Positions 38,147 through 47,137 of a stretch of 64,000 bases of DNA are shown piece by piece. The stretch comes from Candidatus Saccharimonadota bacterium. GTDB lineage: Bacteria; Patescibacteriota; Saccharimonadia; QS-5-54-17. The stretch is from positions 1,623 to 65,622 of the forward strand of contig JBJHCT010000002.1 of the NCBI GenBank assembly GCA_050486185.1. Direction: 5' to 3'. A program made the translations under genes and the position numbers. The notes below the pieces were generated by a model that saw nothing but the letters and a program-made list of their open reading frames with translations, was not told the DNA's origin and searched no databases. Within the stretch, counting starts at the first letter, position 1. Each line of letters begins with the position of its first letter.

Positions 38147-39220
38147 GTGCTAAAATTACTACAAGCTATGGCTAATTTTTTATCAAATAAAATCAAGGAC
38201 AGTTTCTTTGCCCTAGATATAGGCTCTACGGCTGTGCGAGCTGTACAGCTTAAGGGTGTAGATATACCCAAGAACATCATGTCCTATGCGTCAGTACCTA
38301 TAGATCCTAGGATTGCAGAAAGCGATTCTAAGCAAGACTTACAATCCCTAAAAAAGACTATTGAGAAACTAATCAAAGATGCCGGTATCAGCGAAAAAAA
38401 CGTAGTGGCTGGTATACCTACCAAGAAAATATTTGCTTCCGTAGTAGATTTTCCTAAACTATCAGGTGCAGAGCTTAAGAAAACAGTCGAGTATCAGCTA
38501 GAGAGCCATGTACCGACATCGATAGATGAGGTCAAAGTTGACTGGGTGCCTCTAGGCCCGTCTTTAGTTGATGAGGATAAACTAGAGGTATTGATCGTTA
38601 GTGTGAATAAAGACTTTGCAGAAGAGCGCATGAACCTAATCGATGATTTAGGACTTAATACTATTGCTTTTGAACCAGATGCTATCGCTTTAACTAGATC
38701 CCTAGTCAGTAGTGGCTACAGTGGCTCTAGCTTGTTGCTTGATTTAGGCTATCTAAACACTGATTTAGTTATCACGGTTGGTGATAAGCCAAGATTAATC
38801 AGATCGGTACCTGTAGGTGGTCAATCATTCGTTAAAACAGTAGCTCAGAATTTAAACCTAGATGCTAATCAAGCCCAGCAGTTTGTTTATAAGTTTGGGT
38901 TAAGCACTGATAAGGCGGAGGGGCAAATATATAAGGCACTAGAGAACGTTGTAGAGAATTTAATTAGCGAGATTAGTAAATCGATTAAGTTCTTCTCCGA
39001 TCGATACTCCGGAGCTAAGCTAGACCGCATAGTAGTTACTGGTGGGGCATCGGCATTACCAGGACTGCCTTTATATATAGCCAATAGAACCGGTATACAG
39101 GTAGAGATCGGCAATCCTTGGCAGAACATCTCCTATTCTCCCAGCCAATACAATGAGTTGATTAGATTATCTAGTCACTATGCTACGGCTTTAGGTTTAG
39201 GATTGAGGGCTGAAGAATGA
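38147..39220 (+). CDS. pilM: Type IV pilus assembly protein PilM (actin-like ATPase)
   Basis: FALDIGSTAVRAVQL phosphate-1 motif; VTGGASALPGL. Confidence 0.75.
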   Translation: MLKLLQAMANFLSNKIKDSFFALDIGSTAVRAVQLKGVDIPKNIMSYASVPIDPRIAESDSKQDLQSLKKTIEKLIKDAGISEKNVVAGIPTKKIFASVVDFPKLSGAELKKTVEYQLESHVPTSIDEVKVDWVPLGPSLVDEDKLEVLIVSVNKDFAEERMNLIDDLGLNTIAFEPDAIALTRSLVSSGYSGSSLLLDLGYLNTDLVITVGDKPRLIRSVPVGGQSFVKTVAQNLNLDANQAQQFVYKFGLSTDKAEGQIYKALENVVENLISEISKSIKFFSDRYSGAKLDRIVVTGGASALPGLPLYIANRTGIQVEIGNPWQNISYSPSQYNELIRLSSHYATALGLGLRAEE

Positions 39221-39918
39221 TAACCATTAACTTACTCCCAGATATCAAGAAAGACTATATTAACGCTAGGCGGCAGCGTAACAAGGTGGTCGGCTGGTCT
39301 ATTTTTGCAGGAGGCGGCGCGATAGTCTTAGTAATTATTTCCTTAATTATTATAGCCGCTCAATGGGTAGTAGTTAATAATACTCGAGAGAATGTTGAGG
39401 CCTTAAGCCAAGAACTAGCAGACAAAGAAGATGTTATTGAATTAATAACTGTCCAAAACCAGCTACAAGTATTACCAGAACTGCACTTGCAAAAACCTAA
39501 AATTGATCGACTTTTTGAGTATCTGCAGTCACTGACTCCAGAAGGTGTGCGTTTGAGCTCAGTCAGACTAGATATGGATCGCCAAATCCTAGAAATCACC
39601 GGTAATGCTAGAAGCATTAGAGATTTTAATGCGCTGGTCGATACCTACAAGGCTACTCTCTATCAGGCGCAATCAGTAGATTCTAACGGTGATTCAACTA
39701 GTTTTTCCAGCCCCTTGGCGGCTTTTGAGGATGTTAGATCGGTAATGAGTATCGATGCAGCTACTCAGAATGCTAACTTTAGAATCACTATGGAGTTTGA
39801 CCCTGCTATATTTGACGCTCGCTACCCATCAGTTAGAATCTCTGCTAATGGTGTAGTTGCTGATGAAGATGATTCTGGCGAGGTTATTTTCGATGATTCA
39901 ATCGAGGTTGAGGAGTAG
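39217..39918 (+). CDS. pilN: PilN-like bitopic protein
   Basis: Single N-terminal TM after a basic stretch. Gene order pilM-N-O with 4-nt overlap. Confidence 0.5.
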   Translation: MITINLLPDIKKDYINARRQRNKVVGWSIFAGGGAIVLVIISLIIIAAQWVVVNNTRENVEALSQELADKEDVIELITVQNQLQVLPELHLQKPKIDRLFEYLQSLTPEGVRLSSVRLDMDRQILEITGNARSIRDFNALVDTYKATLYQAQSVDSNGDSTSFSSPLAAFEDVRSVMSIDAATQNANFRITMEFDPAIFDARYPSVRISANGVVADEDDSGEVIFDDSIEVEE

Positions 39919-39920
39919 CC

Positions 39921-40559
39921 ATGAATTTATTTGATATAAACCTCACCAAAGATACCAAGATAGATAAAATCAAATCGACCATGATGGCATCGGTCATAAT
40001 ATCTGTGATAGTTATATCTTTCTCGTTGGTATTTTTGAAGTTCTTATTTGACCTTTGGAGCTACAGCGGCAGAGTCTACTCGGCCCAAAGAGAGGCTCGA
40101 ACAGTACTAGAATCTAATATCGAGGCCTACGAGCAGATGAAGCCTGAGTTTGACGTACTCAACTCAGCTAGCGGTACACCAGCTAGCCCAGACTCTAGCG
40201 TAGTTTTAGATGCTTTGCCTCATATATATGACTTTCCAGCTCTAGCTGCTTCGATGAAAAAACTAGCTGATTTAAGCGGAGTACAGCTAGTAGCTTTTAG
40301 TGGAGTGGATGAGGAGGGAGCTGTACCGGGTCCATCTCCTACACCCGTGCCATATGATGTTCACTTTCGCATAGAAGTCGGTGGATCATATGATGATATT
40401 CAAGCCTTTATCAACTCTTTAGATACTTCTATACGGCCATTTGAAATTACAGCTATTGAATTATTTGGTTCTGATAATACATTGAGAGCTGATATTAGAC
40501 TTAAAACCTATTATCAGCCGACCAAGAATCTTAATTATCCACAAAGGGTGGTGCAGTAA
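39921..40559 (+). CDS. pilO: PilO-like bitopic protein
   Basis: TM helix plus periplasmic domain; gene position. Confidence 0.45.
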   Translation: MNLFDINLTKDTKIDKIKSTMMASVIISVIVISFSLVFLKFLFDLWSYSGRVYSAQREARTVLESNIEAYEQMKPEFDVLNSASGTPASPDSSVVLDALPHIYDFPALAASMKKLADLSGVQLVAFSGVDEEGAVPGPSPTPVPYDVHFRIEVGGSYDDIQAFINSLDTSIRPFEITAIELFGSDNTLRADIRLKTYYQPTKNLNYPQRVVQ

Positions 40560-40813
40560 TGTTAGAGCAAAAAGATATCATCGCCATATCATTAATAGCT
40601 GTTATGAGTTTCATAGCTTCTTTCTTCATAGCTGCAGCTTTGATAACTACACCTGAGGATAGGGCCGAGTCGGTGATGGAGGTTAACGAACTCTCATCTA
40701 ATTTCTCACATCCCGATAGCGCTATATTTAATGAAGATGCCATTAACCCTACAGAAGAGATAACTATTGGAGGCGATTCTGCCACTAATCCATTTGATTC
40801 AGATAGGGATTAG
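40559..40813 (+). CDS. Small single-TM protein after pilO (84 aa), C-terminal NPFDSD
   Basis: Paralogous in position and C-terminal motif to the 55348..55656 ORF in the second cluster. Confidence 0.3.
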   Translation: MLEQKDIIAISLIAVMSFIASFFIAAALITTPEDRAESVMEVNELSSNFSHPDSAIFNEDAINPTEEITIGGDSATNPFDSDRD

Positions 40814-40819
40814 CTTGAT

Positions 40820-42031
40820 ATGTTGACCTTTAAATACACCGCTAGAGACCCTAAAACGCATGAGGAAATTAAAGCCACTGTTCAGGCTCAGTCTCAGGCC
40901 GATGCCGTTAAATTAATTACTGATCAAGGGTTAATGCCTACTAATATAGAGGTACAGACCTCTGGTAGTAATAGGTTTTCTTCTAGTAATAAAATTAGCT
41001 CCAAAGACAAGATTGTCTTTTTCCGCCAGCTATCAACACTAGTTGGTGCTGGATTGCCACTAACTCAGTCTTTAAGAACAGTTATAGAACAGCTAGATAG
41101 CAAAGCTTTAGTTACTATCTTGATGCAGGTTGTATCAGATGTTGAGGGCGGCACACCTCTAGCAGATGCTATGGGTAAACACCCCAAAGTCTTTAGCGAT
41201 GTAGTAGTTAGCCTTATAGCTGCGGGTGAAGCTTCGGGAATGCTAGATGAATCACTCAAGCGAATAGCCGATCAGACTGAAAAAGATGCCGAGATGGTCT
41301 CTAAGGTTAGAGGTGCTTTGGTGTATCCAGCTATAGTACTATTTGTTATAGCTGCAGTTATTATCTTTATGTTAACTACAGTTTTACCACAGATAGAGTT
41401 ACTGTACGCAGATTTAAATCAAGACTTACCTCTAACAACCGATATCATGCTCAAGATGTCCAATGTCATAACCAAGCTATGGTGGCTGGTTATAATAATC
41501 TTGGCTGGTGGTGTATTTCTAGTAAAGAAATATATCGATACTGAAAGCGGCCAAAGGCGTTTTGATGCATTTAAGATGAAAGTGCCGCTATTTGGTAAGT
41601 TATTTAAGAAACTATATATGGCTCGATTCGCTAGAACTGGAGCTATATTGATGCAGAGTGGAGTACAGATGTTAGAGATGTTGCGAATTACCGCTAGAGC
41701 CGTTAACAACGCGCTGGTCGCTGATGATATTATTAAAGCCGCCGGTAAAGTCAGAGGCGGTAAGCAGCTATCAGAGTCTCTGCAAGATAGTGAGCACTTC
41801 CTATCCCTAGTACCACAGATGATTAGTATCGGTGAGAAGTCCGGGTCTATAGACGGCATGATGTCTAAAGCAGCAGATTTTTATGAGAAAGAGTTGGATG
41901 ATGAAATCAAGACTATCTCTACTACTATCGAACCACTATTAATGGTTGTATTAGCGGTGATAGCAGCCATTATGGTCGGGGCTATACTGCTACCGGTTTA
42001 CGGTCTAGTGGGCGGCAACATATCTTTGTAG
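40820..42031 (+). CDS. pilC: Type IV pilus platform protein PilC (GspF family)
   Basis: Two GspF repeats, 3 TM helices, 403 aa. Confidence 0.85.
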   Translation: MLTFKYTARDPKTHEEIKATVQAQSQADAVKLITDQGLMPTNIEVQTSGSNRFSSSNKISSKDKIVFFRQLSTLVGAGLPLTQSLRTVIEQLDSKALVTILMQVVSDVEGGTPLADAMGKHPKVFSDVVVSLIAAGEASGMLDESLKRIADQTEKDAEMVSKVRGALVYPAIVLFVIAAVIIFMLTTVLPQIELLYADLNQDLPLTTDIMLKMSNVITKLWWLVIIILAGGVFLVKKYIDTESGQRRFDAFKMKVPLFGKLFKKLYMARFARTGAILMQSGVQMLEMLRITARAVNNALVADDIIKAAGKVRGGKQLSESLQDSEHFLSLVPQMISIGEKSGSIDGMMSKAADFYEKELDDEIKTISTTIEPLLMVVLAVIAAIMVGAILLPVYGLVGGNISL

Positions 42032-42150
42032 GAAAGAATTTTTAAGCAAAAAGTTCTTAGTTGCGCAAACCTCTGATATGAAATAAAATATAAGCACAAG
42101 CTTGATTAAAAAAATTAAAAGATATAATATCAAGGATAGGCAACAAATTT

Positions 42151-42660
42151 ATGATAAATATTGATTCAATAAACAAGAAACTAAGATCAAGGAAACTTGA
42201 TAGTCAAAAGCAAGAAGGCTTCACTATTATTGAAGTAGTTTTGGTGCTGGCTATTGCCGGTCTAATCTTTCTAATCGTATTCTTAGCTCTACCGCAGTTG
42301 CAGAGCACTCAAAGAGACTCTCAAAGAAGGTCTGACTTGGGTAGATTTATGTCCGCACTCGAGACTTATGCATCTAACAACAACGGTAGGTATCCTAACG
42401 ATTCTGACTTGCAGCAGATGAACGCTTTTGTGGACGGCTACTTAACTAATCAAGGTGCTACTTTTAATGATCCACTGGAAGACGACTACCAGTTCGGCAA
42501 CGATCCTACTAGCCTAAGCTCGGGTACTATCTATTATCGAACAGGGGCTTACTGTGGTGACTCGGAAGGGACTTTTGCTACCGACGGTGCAGGGTCTAGG
42601 AATATAGCTGCTATGGTGCCTTTAGAGAATGGTATAGCTTACTGTATAGACAATAGGTAG
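42151..42660 (+). CDS. Type IV pilin (prepilin-type leader)
   Basis: Leader ...KQEG|FTIIEVVLVLAIAGLIF with Glu+5. 169 aa with a C-terminal Cys pair. Confidence 0.7.
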   Translation: MINIDSINKKLRSRKLDSQKQEGFTIIEVVLVLAIAGLIFLIVFLALPQLQSTQRDSQRRSDLGRFMSALETYASNNNGRYPNDSDLQQMNAFVDGYLTNQGATFNDPLEDDYQFGNDPTSLSSGTIYYRTGAYCGDSEGTFATDGAGSRNIAAMVPLENGIAYCIDNR

Positions 42661-42720
42661 GTCTTCTTTAGGTAGTAGCAACACATTTTAGCATAAGCAA
42701 TATGCTATAATCCAAGGTGT

Positions 42721-43524
42721 ATGAGCCTCAAGCAACGCAAACAAAAACTAGCCACAAATTCAGGGTTTACTATCCTAGAATTAATTTTATTTGTAGCTAT
42801 ATCTAGTTTGATGTTGACTATAGCCTTTACTAGTGTGGCTGGCAGGACTCAAGAAGCTCAATTTACTGATTCGGTAAGGACTCTGGAGTCACAACTTCGT
42901 CGCCACATTACCAATGTTAGTACTGGTCTAAATCTTCGCGGCGATGTTGATTGTGCTAAGTCCGGAGGGGTCTTGACCTTTCCAGCTGATAGTAACGCTG
43001 TAGAGGCTGGTCGCAATCAATCTTGTGTAGCTAATGGCCTATATATGTCTTTTGATTTAGATACGCCCGAGAATTATGTTGTGCAGTCGGTAGCCTCAAC
43101 TATAGAGTATGATGAGAGTCTTGGATCTTTAGAGAACCTAGTTGATAAACTTGTCTCTATGGACGTAGGGTTAGTACCAAATACTAGGTCGGAAAACGAT
43201 ATAAGTTGGGGTACAGAATACAGAGGTGGCTTTGTAGATTATGACGGTTCCGTAACTGAGGTAGCTGATATAGCTTTCTTAAAAATGAGATCAATAAATT
43301 CAAGCAGCCAGTACATGTTTGCTTACGCCAGAGAAGCTGGCGATACCGATGTGGCTGATTTAGAGGGGGAGATCGCTAGATTTAGAGATGAGAATATCGT
43401 TCCGATTCCATCCAATGTAGAGTATGGAATGTGTTTTGAGGGTGCAAATCGTGATTTTGTAGCAGTTGTAGTTGGTGGTGACGGTCAATTTAGTTTAGTA
43501 TTTCGTGATGAGAGGTGTAGTTAA
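42721..43524 (+). CDS. Pilin-like protein (prepilin-type N-terminus)
   Basis: ...TNSG|FTILELILFVAISSLML, Glu+5. Confidence 0.6.
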   Translation: MSLKQRKQKLATNSGFTILELILFVAISSLMLTIAFTSVAGRTQEAQFTDSVRTLESQLRRHITNVSTGLNLRGDVDCAKSGGVLTFPADSNAVEAGRNQSCVANGLYMSFDLDTPENYVVQSVASTIEYDESLGSLENLVDKLVSMDVGLVPNTRSENDISWGTEYRGGFVDYDGSVTEVADIAFLKMRSINSSSQYMFAYAREAGDTDVADLEGEIARFRDENIVPIPSNVEYGMCFEGANRDFVAVVVGGDGQFSLVFRDERCS

Positions 43525-45245
43525 TGTTCAACCTCTTTAAATCTACCTCTAACTCTCGCGGTGAAACCATCGTTGAGGTTCTTCTTGCTACAGTCATCCT
43601 CTCCACAGTTATCGCCGGAGCATATACTCTCTCTACTCGTGCCACTAGAATTGGTCAAGCCTCTATCGAACGTACGGAAGTTACTAATCAAGTCCAATCA
43701 AATGCCGAGGTCTTACGAGGCATTAGCTTCGAAAGAGGAGCTGCCTGGTCAAGAATAGTCACAGACGATGAAGAGACTAGTTTTGTGACTAACATCAAAC
43801 CTATCTATGATGAAACTACTTGTGAACCAACTCCTGGTTCTAGACCCTTCATCATCAACCAAGACAACATCGGCACGCCCGATGAAGACTCAGACAACGT
43901 CTTTGGTGCTAACGTCATAGAACCTTTCGAGACAGATGACGTATTAGACGAGAGTATCTATAGCTTCTGGATAGAAGCTTACCAAGAGACTGATAACTAT
44001 ATAGACTTCCACATTAGAGCCTGTTGGCAGAACCTAACCGGTTCTAGCTACAACCGTTCAGGAGCTGTACTGAGACTATATAGCGGCACCCAAGGTGGTT
44101 GGGGTAGATTCGTCTCTGGTCCTACTAGAAGATTACCCCTAGTAACCACTGATGCTATCTCTAATATCGAACCTGATTCTGCTAATACAGGCGGTAATGT
44201 AGCTGATGATGGTGGGGCTAGTGTAACTGCTCGTGGCATAGTCTACGCCACCTCTGCCTCACCGACCTTGAGTGATAACGAGATTAGACGAGGTGCCGGC
44301 ACCGGCTCCTTTAGCGTTAGCTTAACTAACCTCCAACCAGAAACCACCTACTATGTCAGAGCTTATGCTACTAACTCCTTTGGTACTTCCTATGGTAATG
44401 AGAGGGTCTTTGAGACCGATAGTGATGGTATAGAGGCTACTGGCGGATCCCAAACCACAGTTACTATTAGCGGAGAAACATACCGTGTGCATAGGTTCAC
44501 TGGTAACGGTAACTTTAGAATGCTATCAGATGAGGGTCGGGTAGAAGTACTAATAGTAGGCGGTGGTGGAGGAGGTGGTAACAATGGCGGCGGTGGCGGC
44601 GGGGCTGGCGGCGTAGTAGTTAGAACTTTAACTTTATCTAGCGGTACCTATACAGTTAGAGTCGGCAGTGGTGGTCGTGGAGCTTGTTGTTCAGGTTCTG
44701 TAACTAACTCTAATCGAGGCGCTAATGGTCAAAACTCTTCTTTTGATAGTATAGTTGCTCGTGGCGGCGGAGGCGGAGGCGGCAGGGGTACTAGCGGTAT
44801 AGGTGGTGCTAGTGGCGGCGGCGGAGGAGCTAGAGGTAATACTTCAGGTGGTTCTGGCATATCAGGGCAAGGTAATAGGGGTGGTAATGGGAGTAACCAT
44901 AGCTCTAGACCATCTGGTGGCGGTGGCGGATATGCCTCAGTCGGTATTCACGCAGCCTCAAGTAGAGGTGGTCATGGTGGCCACGGTTTTAACTCCAGTT
45001 CTTGGGGGATAGGTCGTAGCTGTGTGGCTGGCGGTGGCGGAGGCGCAATTTTGAGTGGATCTATTGGGGTAGGTCGTTGCGGCGGCGGTAATGGCGGTTT
45101 CGGTGGCAGTCCATATAACCAACCCCAATCACAGATATCGGCTACTGCTAATACTGGCGGAGGCGGTGGCGGCGGAAACAATCTAGCTGCTAGTGGCGGT
45201 GGGCACGGAGGCTCAGGAATAGTAGTTATTCGTTATCTTGATTAA
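43524..45245 (+). CDS. Large pilin-like protein with FN3-like module and poly-glycine C-terminal half
   Basis: ...NSRG|ETIVEVLLATVILS, Glu+5. An FN3-like ...TYYVRAYATNSFGTSYGNERVF segment. About 230 aa of G5-7 blocks. Confidence 0.6.
   Translation: MFNLFKSTSNSRGETIVEVLLATVILSTVIAGAYTLSTRATRIGQASIERTEVTNQVQSNAEVLRGISFERGAAWSRIVTDDEETSFVTNIKPIYDETTCEPTPGSRPFIINQDNIGTPDEDSDNVFGANVIEPFETDDVLDESIYSFWIEAYQETDNYIDFHIRACWQNLTGSSYNRSGAVLRLYSGTQGGWGRFVSGPTRRLPLVTTDAISNIEPDSANTGGNVADDGGASVTARGIVYATSASPTLSDNEIRRGAGTGSFSVSLTNLQPETTYYVRAYATNSFGTSYGNERVFETDSDGIEATGGSQTTVTISGETYRVHRFTGNGNFRMLSDEGRVEVLIVGGGGGGGNNGGGGGGAGGVVVRTLTLSSGTYTVRVGSGGRGACCSGSVTNSNRGANGQNSSFDSIVARGGGGGGGRGTSGIGGASGGGGGARGNTSGGSGISGQGNRGGNGSNHSSRPSGGGGGYASVGIHAASSRGGHGGHGFNSSSWGIGRSCVAGGGGGAILSGSIGVGRCGGGNGGFGGSPYNQPQSQISATANTGGGGGGGNNLAASGGGHGGSGIVVIRYLD
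44560..45240 (+). repeat. Low-complexity GGN-codon tract encoding poly-Gly blocks
   Basis: Repeated ggcggtggcggaggc-type runs; the antisense frames give the spurious Pro-rich ORFs in the track. Confidence 0.6.
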
Positions 45246-45263
45246 TGTTAAGCTTATAGTTGT

Positions 45264-46421
45264 ATGGTAGAGTTTTTAACATTTTTTATTATCCTAACAG
45301 CAGGACTGCTTTTCTCAGAGTTCTTTAATAGACTGCACTTGCCTTGGGTAACAGCTCTAATAATATCGGGTATTGTTTTTGGTAGTGAAGGCTTTGATAT
45401 TATCCAGAGCAATCAGGTGACTGACTTTTTCTCAGAAACAGGGCTAGTATTTTTAATGTTTATGGCCGGTCTTGAGATTAGCTTTGCTAGTTTCCGTAAC
45501 GTCAAACATGAAGTTACAGTTGTCAGTGCTATCAACGGCATCATACCACTGTTAGTTGCCTTAGCTATTGCTGTGATGTTTAATATGAGCTTTGATGCCG
45601 GTTTCTTACTAGGTGCCGCCCTTGTCTCCTCATCTATTGCCGTGGTACTGCCTTCATTAGAGGGGCGAGCCGTTTCTAGACGCAAAATTGGTCATACTAT
45701 TATCGGCTCAACCGTAGTGCTAGATATTGTCAGTGTGACTTTCTTCTCGATACTAATTCAACGGGCTACCGGTACTGACCTACCTTTGCTTGTACTTTAT
45801 ACCTTCCTAGCTCTAGCACTAGTAACTTTGAGGCTATCTGTTTCTAAAATTGAGGAATACCTAACTAAATTTGATAGTAAAAAATTCGAGCAAGAGCTAC
45901 AGCTGATTATCAGCATATTATTAGGTACAGTCATACTTTTCGGATTACTTGGTTTGCAGCCTGCTGAGGCAGGATTCTTTGCTGGGTTGGTTTTGAGCGG
46001 ATCGGTCAATGATCGTTTGACCAAGGCTAAACTCAGAGCTATCGCTTACGGGATGTTCATACCTGTTTTCTTTGTCATGGTTGGTGCTGAATTGCAGATC
46101 AGTGGTCTACTTAGCTCACCTAGCGCCTACCTATTAATTATAGTGGTACTACTAGGCTCAATCCTGTCCAAGTTCGGTAGCGGTTTTCTAGCCGGTCGCA
46201 TGACTAACTTCTCTAAACGCGAAAGCTTGCTTTTGGGCGCTGCTACCACTCCTCAACTTAACGTTACGCTAGCGATTGCTGCTACTGGATTCTCCTACGG
46301 ACTCATCAATCATGATCTATTAACTGCGCTAATTGTATTGAGTATCGGTACTACCATGATAGCGCCGATATTAATCAACAAATTAGCCTCTGGCCTGGAA
46401 GAAGAAGATAGCCAAAGCTGA
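45264..46421 (+). CDS. Cation:proton antiporter (CPA2/Kef-type membrane domain, no RCK)
   Basis: 385 aa, about 11 TM helices, Na+/H+ exchanger-like. Confidence 0.6.
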   Translation: MVEFLTFFIILTAGLLFSEFFNRLHLPWVTALIISGIVFGSEGFDIIQSNQVTDFFSETGLVFLMFMAGLEISFASFRNVKHEVTVVSAINGIIPLLVALAIAVMFNMSFDAGFLLGAALVSSSIAVVLPSLEGRAVSRRKIGHTIIGSTVVLDIVSVTFFSILIQRATGTDLPLLVLYTFLALALVTLRLSVSKIEEYLTKFDSKKFEQELQLIISILLGTVILFGLLGLQPAEAGFFAGLVLSGSVNDRLTKAKLRAIAYGMFIPVFFVMVGAELQISGLLSSPSAYLLIIVVLLGSILSKFGSGFLAGRMTNFSKRESLLLGAATTPQLNVTLAIAATGFSYGLINHDLLTALIVLSIGTTMIAPILINKLASGLEEEDSQS

Positions 46422-46463
46422 TATAATCTTTGTAAGAGAAGTAAATTAAAGGTAAATTTTTAA

Positions 46464-47114
46464 GTGAGGAGGGTAAATCTAATGGGTAAAGGTTTCTGGG
46501 CAGTACTAGGTTTAATAGTAGTAGTAATGGTAGGTGTAGTTATAGCTTTTGGCGATAGGGACTCTGCTCCAAGAGAGGTGATAGAGAACCCTCATGAGAT
46601 TACCGAAGAAGATAATGCGGTAGGCCCAAGTGATGCACCGATAACTTTAGTAAAATATAGCGATTTTCAGTGTCCAGCTTGTGAAGTCGGCTATCGGGCC
46701 TTAAAGGATATCAAGGTTGAATTTGCAGATGATTTACAATTTGTTTACCGTCACTCACCGTTTCTCACGCAAGCCTATGATGCGGCTAGAGCCTCAGAAG
46801 CTGCTGCAAGGCAAGATATGTTTTGGCAGATGCACGATATGCTATTTGAAAGACAATCGCAGTGGAGCGGTAACGCCAATATCCGCAGCTTATTTGAATC
46901 TTACGCTGAAGAGCTAGATATGGATGTCGACCAATATAGGGAAGATTTTGAGAATGCTGGCTCTAGGGTTGAGCGAGATGTAGCTATTCGTGATCAGATT
47001 GATGTTATCGGCACTCCTACCTACTTCATAAATGGTGAGAGGTTGCCGGAGAATCCTCAGACTAGTGAGAGATTTGCAGAGATTATATCTGAATACTTAG
47101 CAGATATAGAGTAG
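46464..47114 (+). CDS. DsbA-like thiol:disulfide oxidoreductase (thioredoxin fold, membrane-anchored)
   Basis: N-terminal TM helix and a CPAC active site (FQCPACEV). Confidence 0.65.
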   Translation: MRRVNLMGKGFWAVLGLIVVVMVGVVIAFGDRDSAPREVIENPHEITEEDNAVGPSDAPITLVKYSDFQCPACEVGYRALKDIKVEFADDLQFVYRHSPFLTQAYDAARASEAAARQDMFWQMHDMLFERQSQWSGNANIRSLFESYAEELDMDVDQYREDFENAGSRVERDVAIRDQIDVIGTPTYFINGERLPENPQTSERFAEIISEYLADIE

Positions 47115-47137
47115 AAGTTAGCTCTATACCTTTATTC

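Noticed and set aside
42032-42150. Sigma-54 promoter upstream of the cluster A pilin gene
   Set aside because: No TGGCAC-N5-TTGC match found; only a partial TTGC.
44048-45181. Antisense Pro-rich ORFs opposite the poly-Gly pilin region
   Set aside because: They are the complement of GGN runs (CCN = Pro); no start or RBS context.
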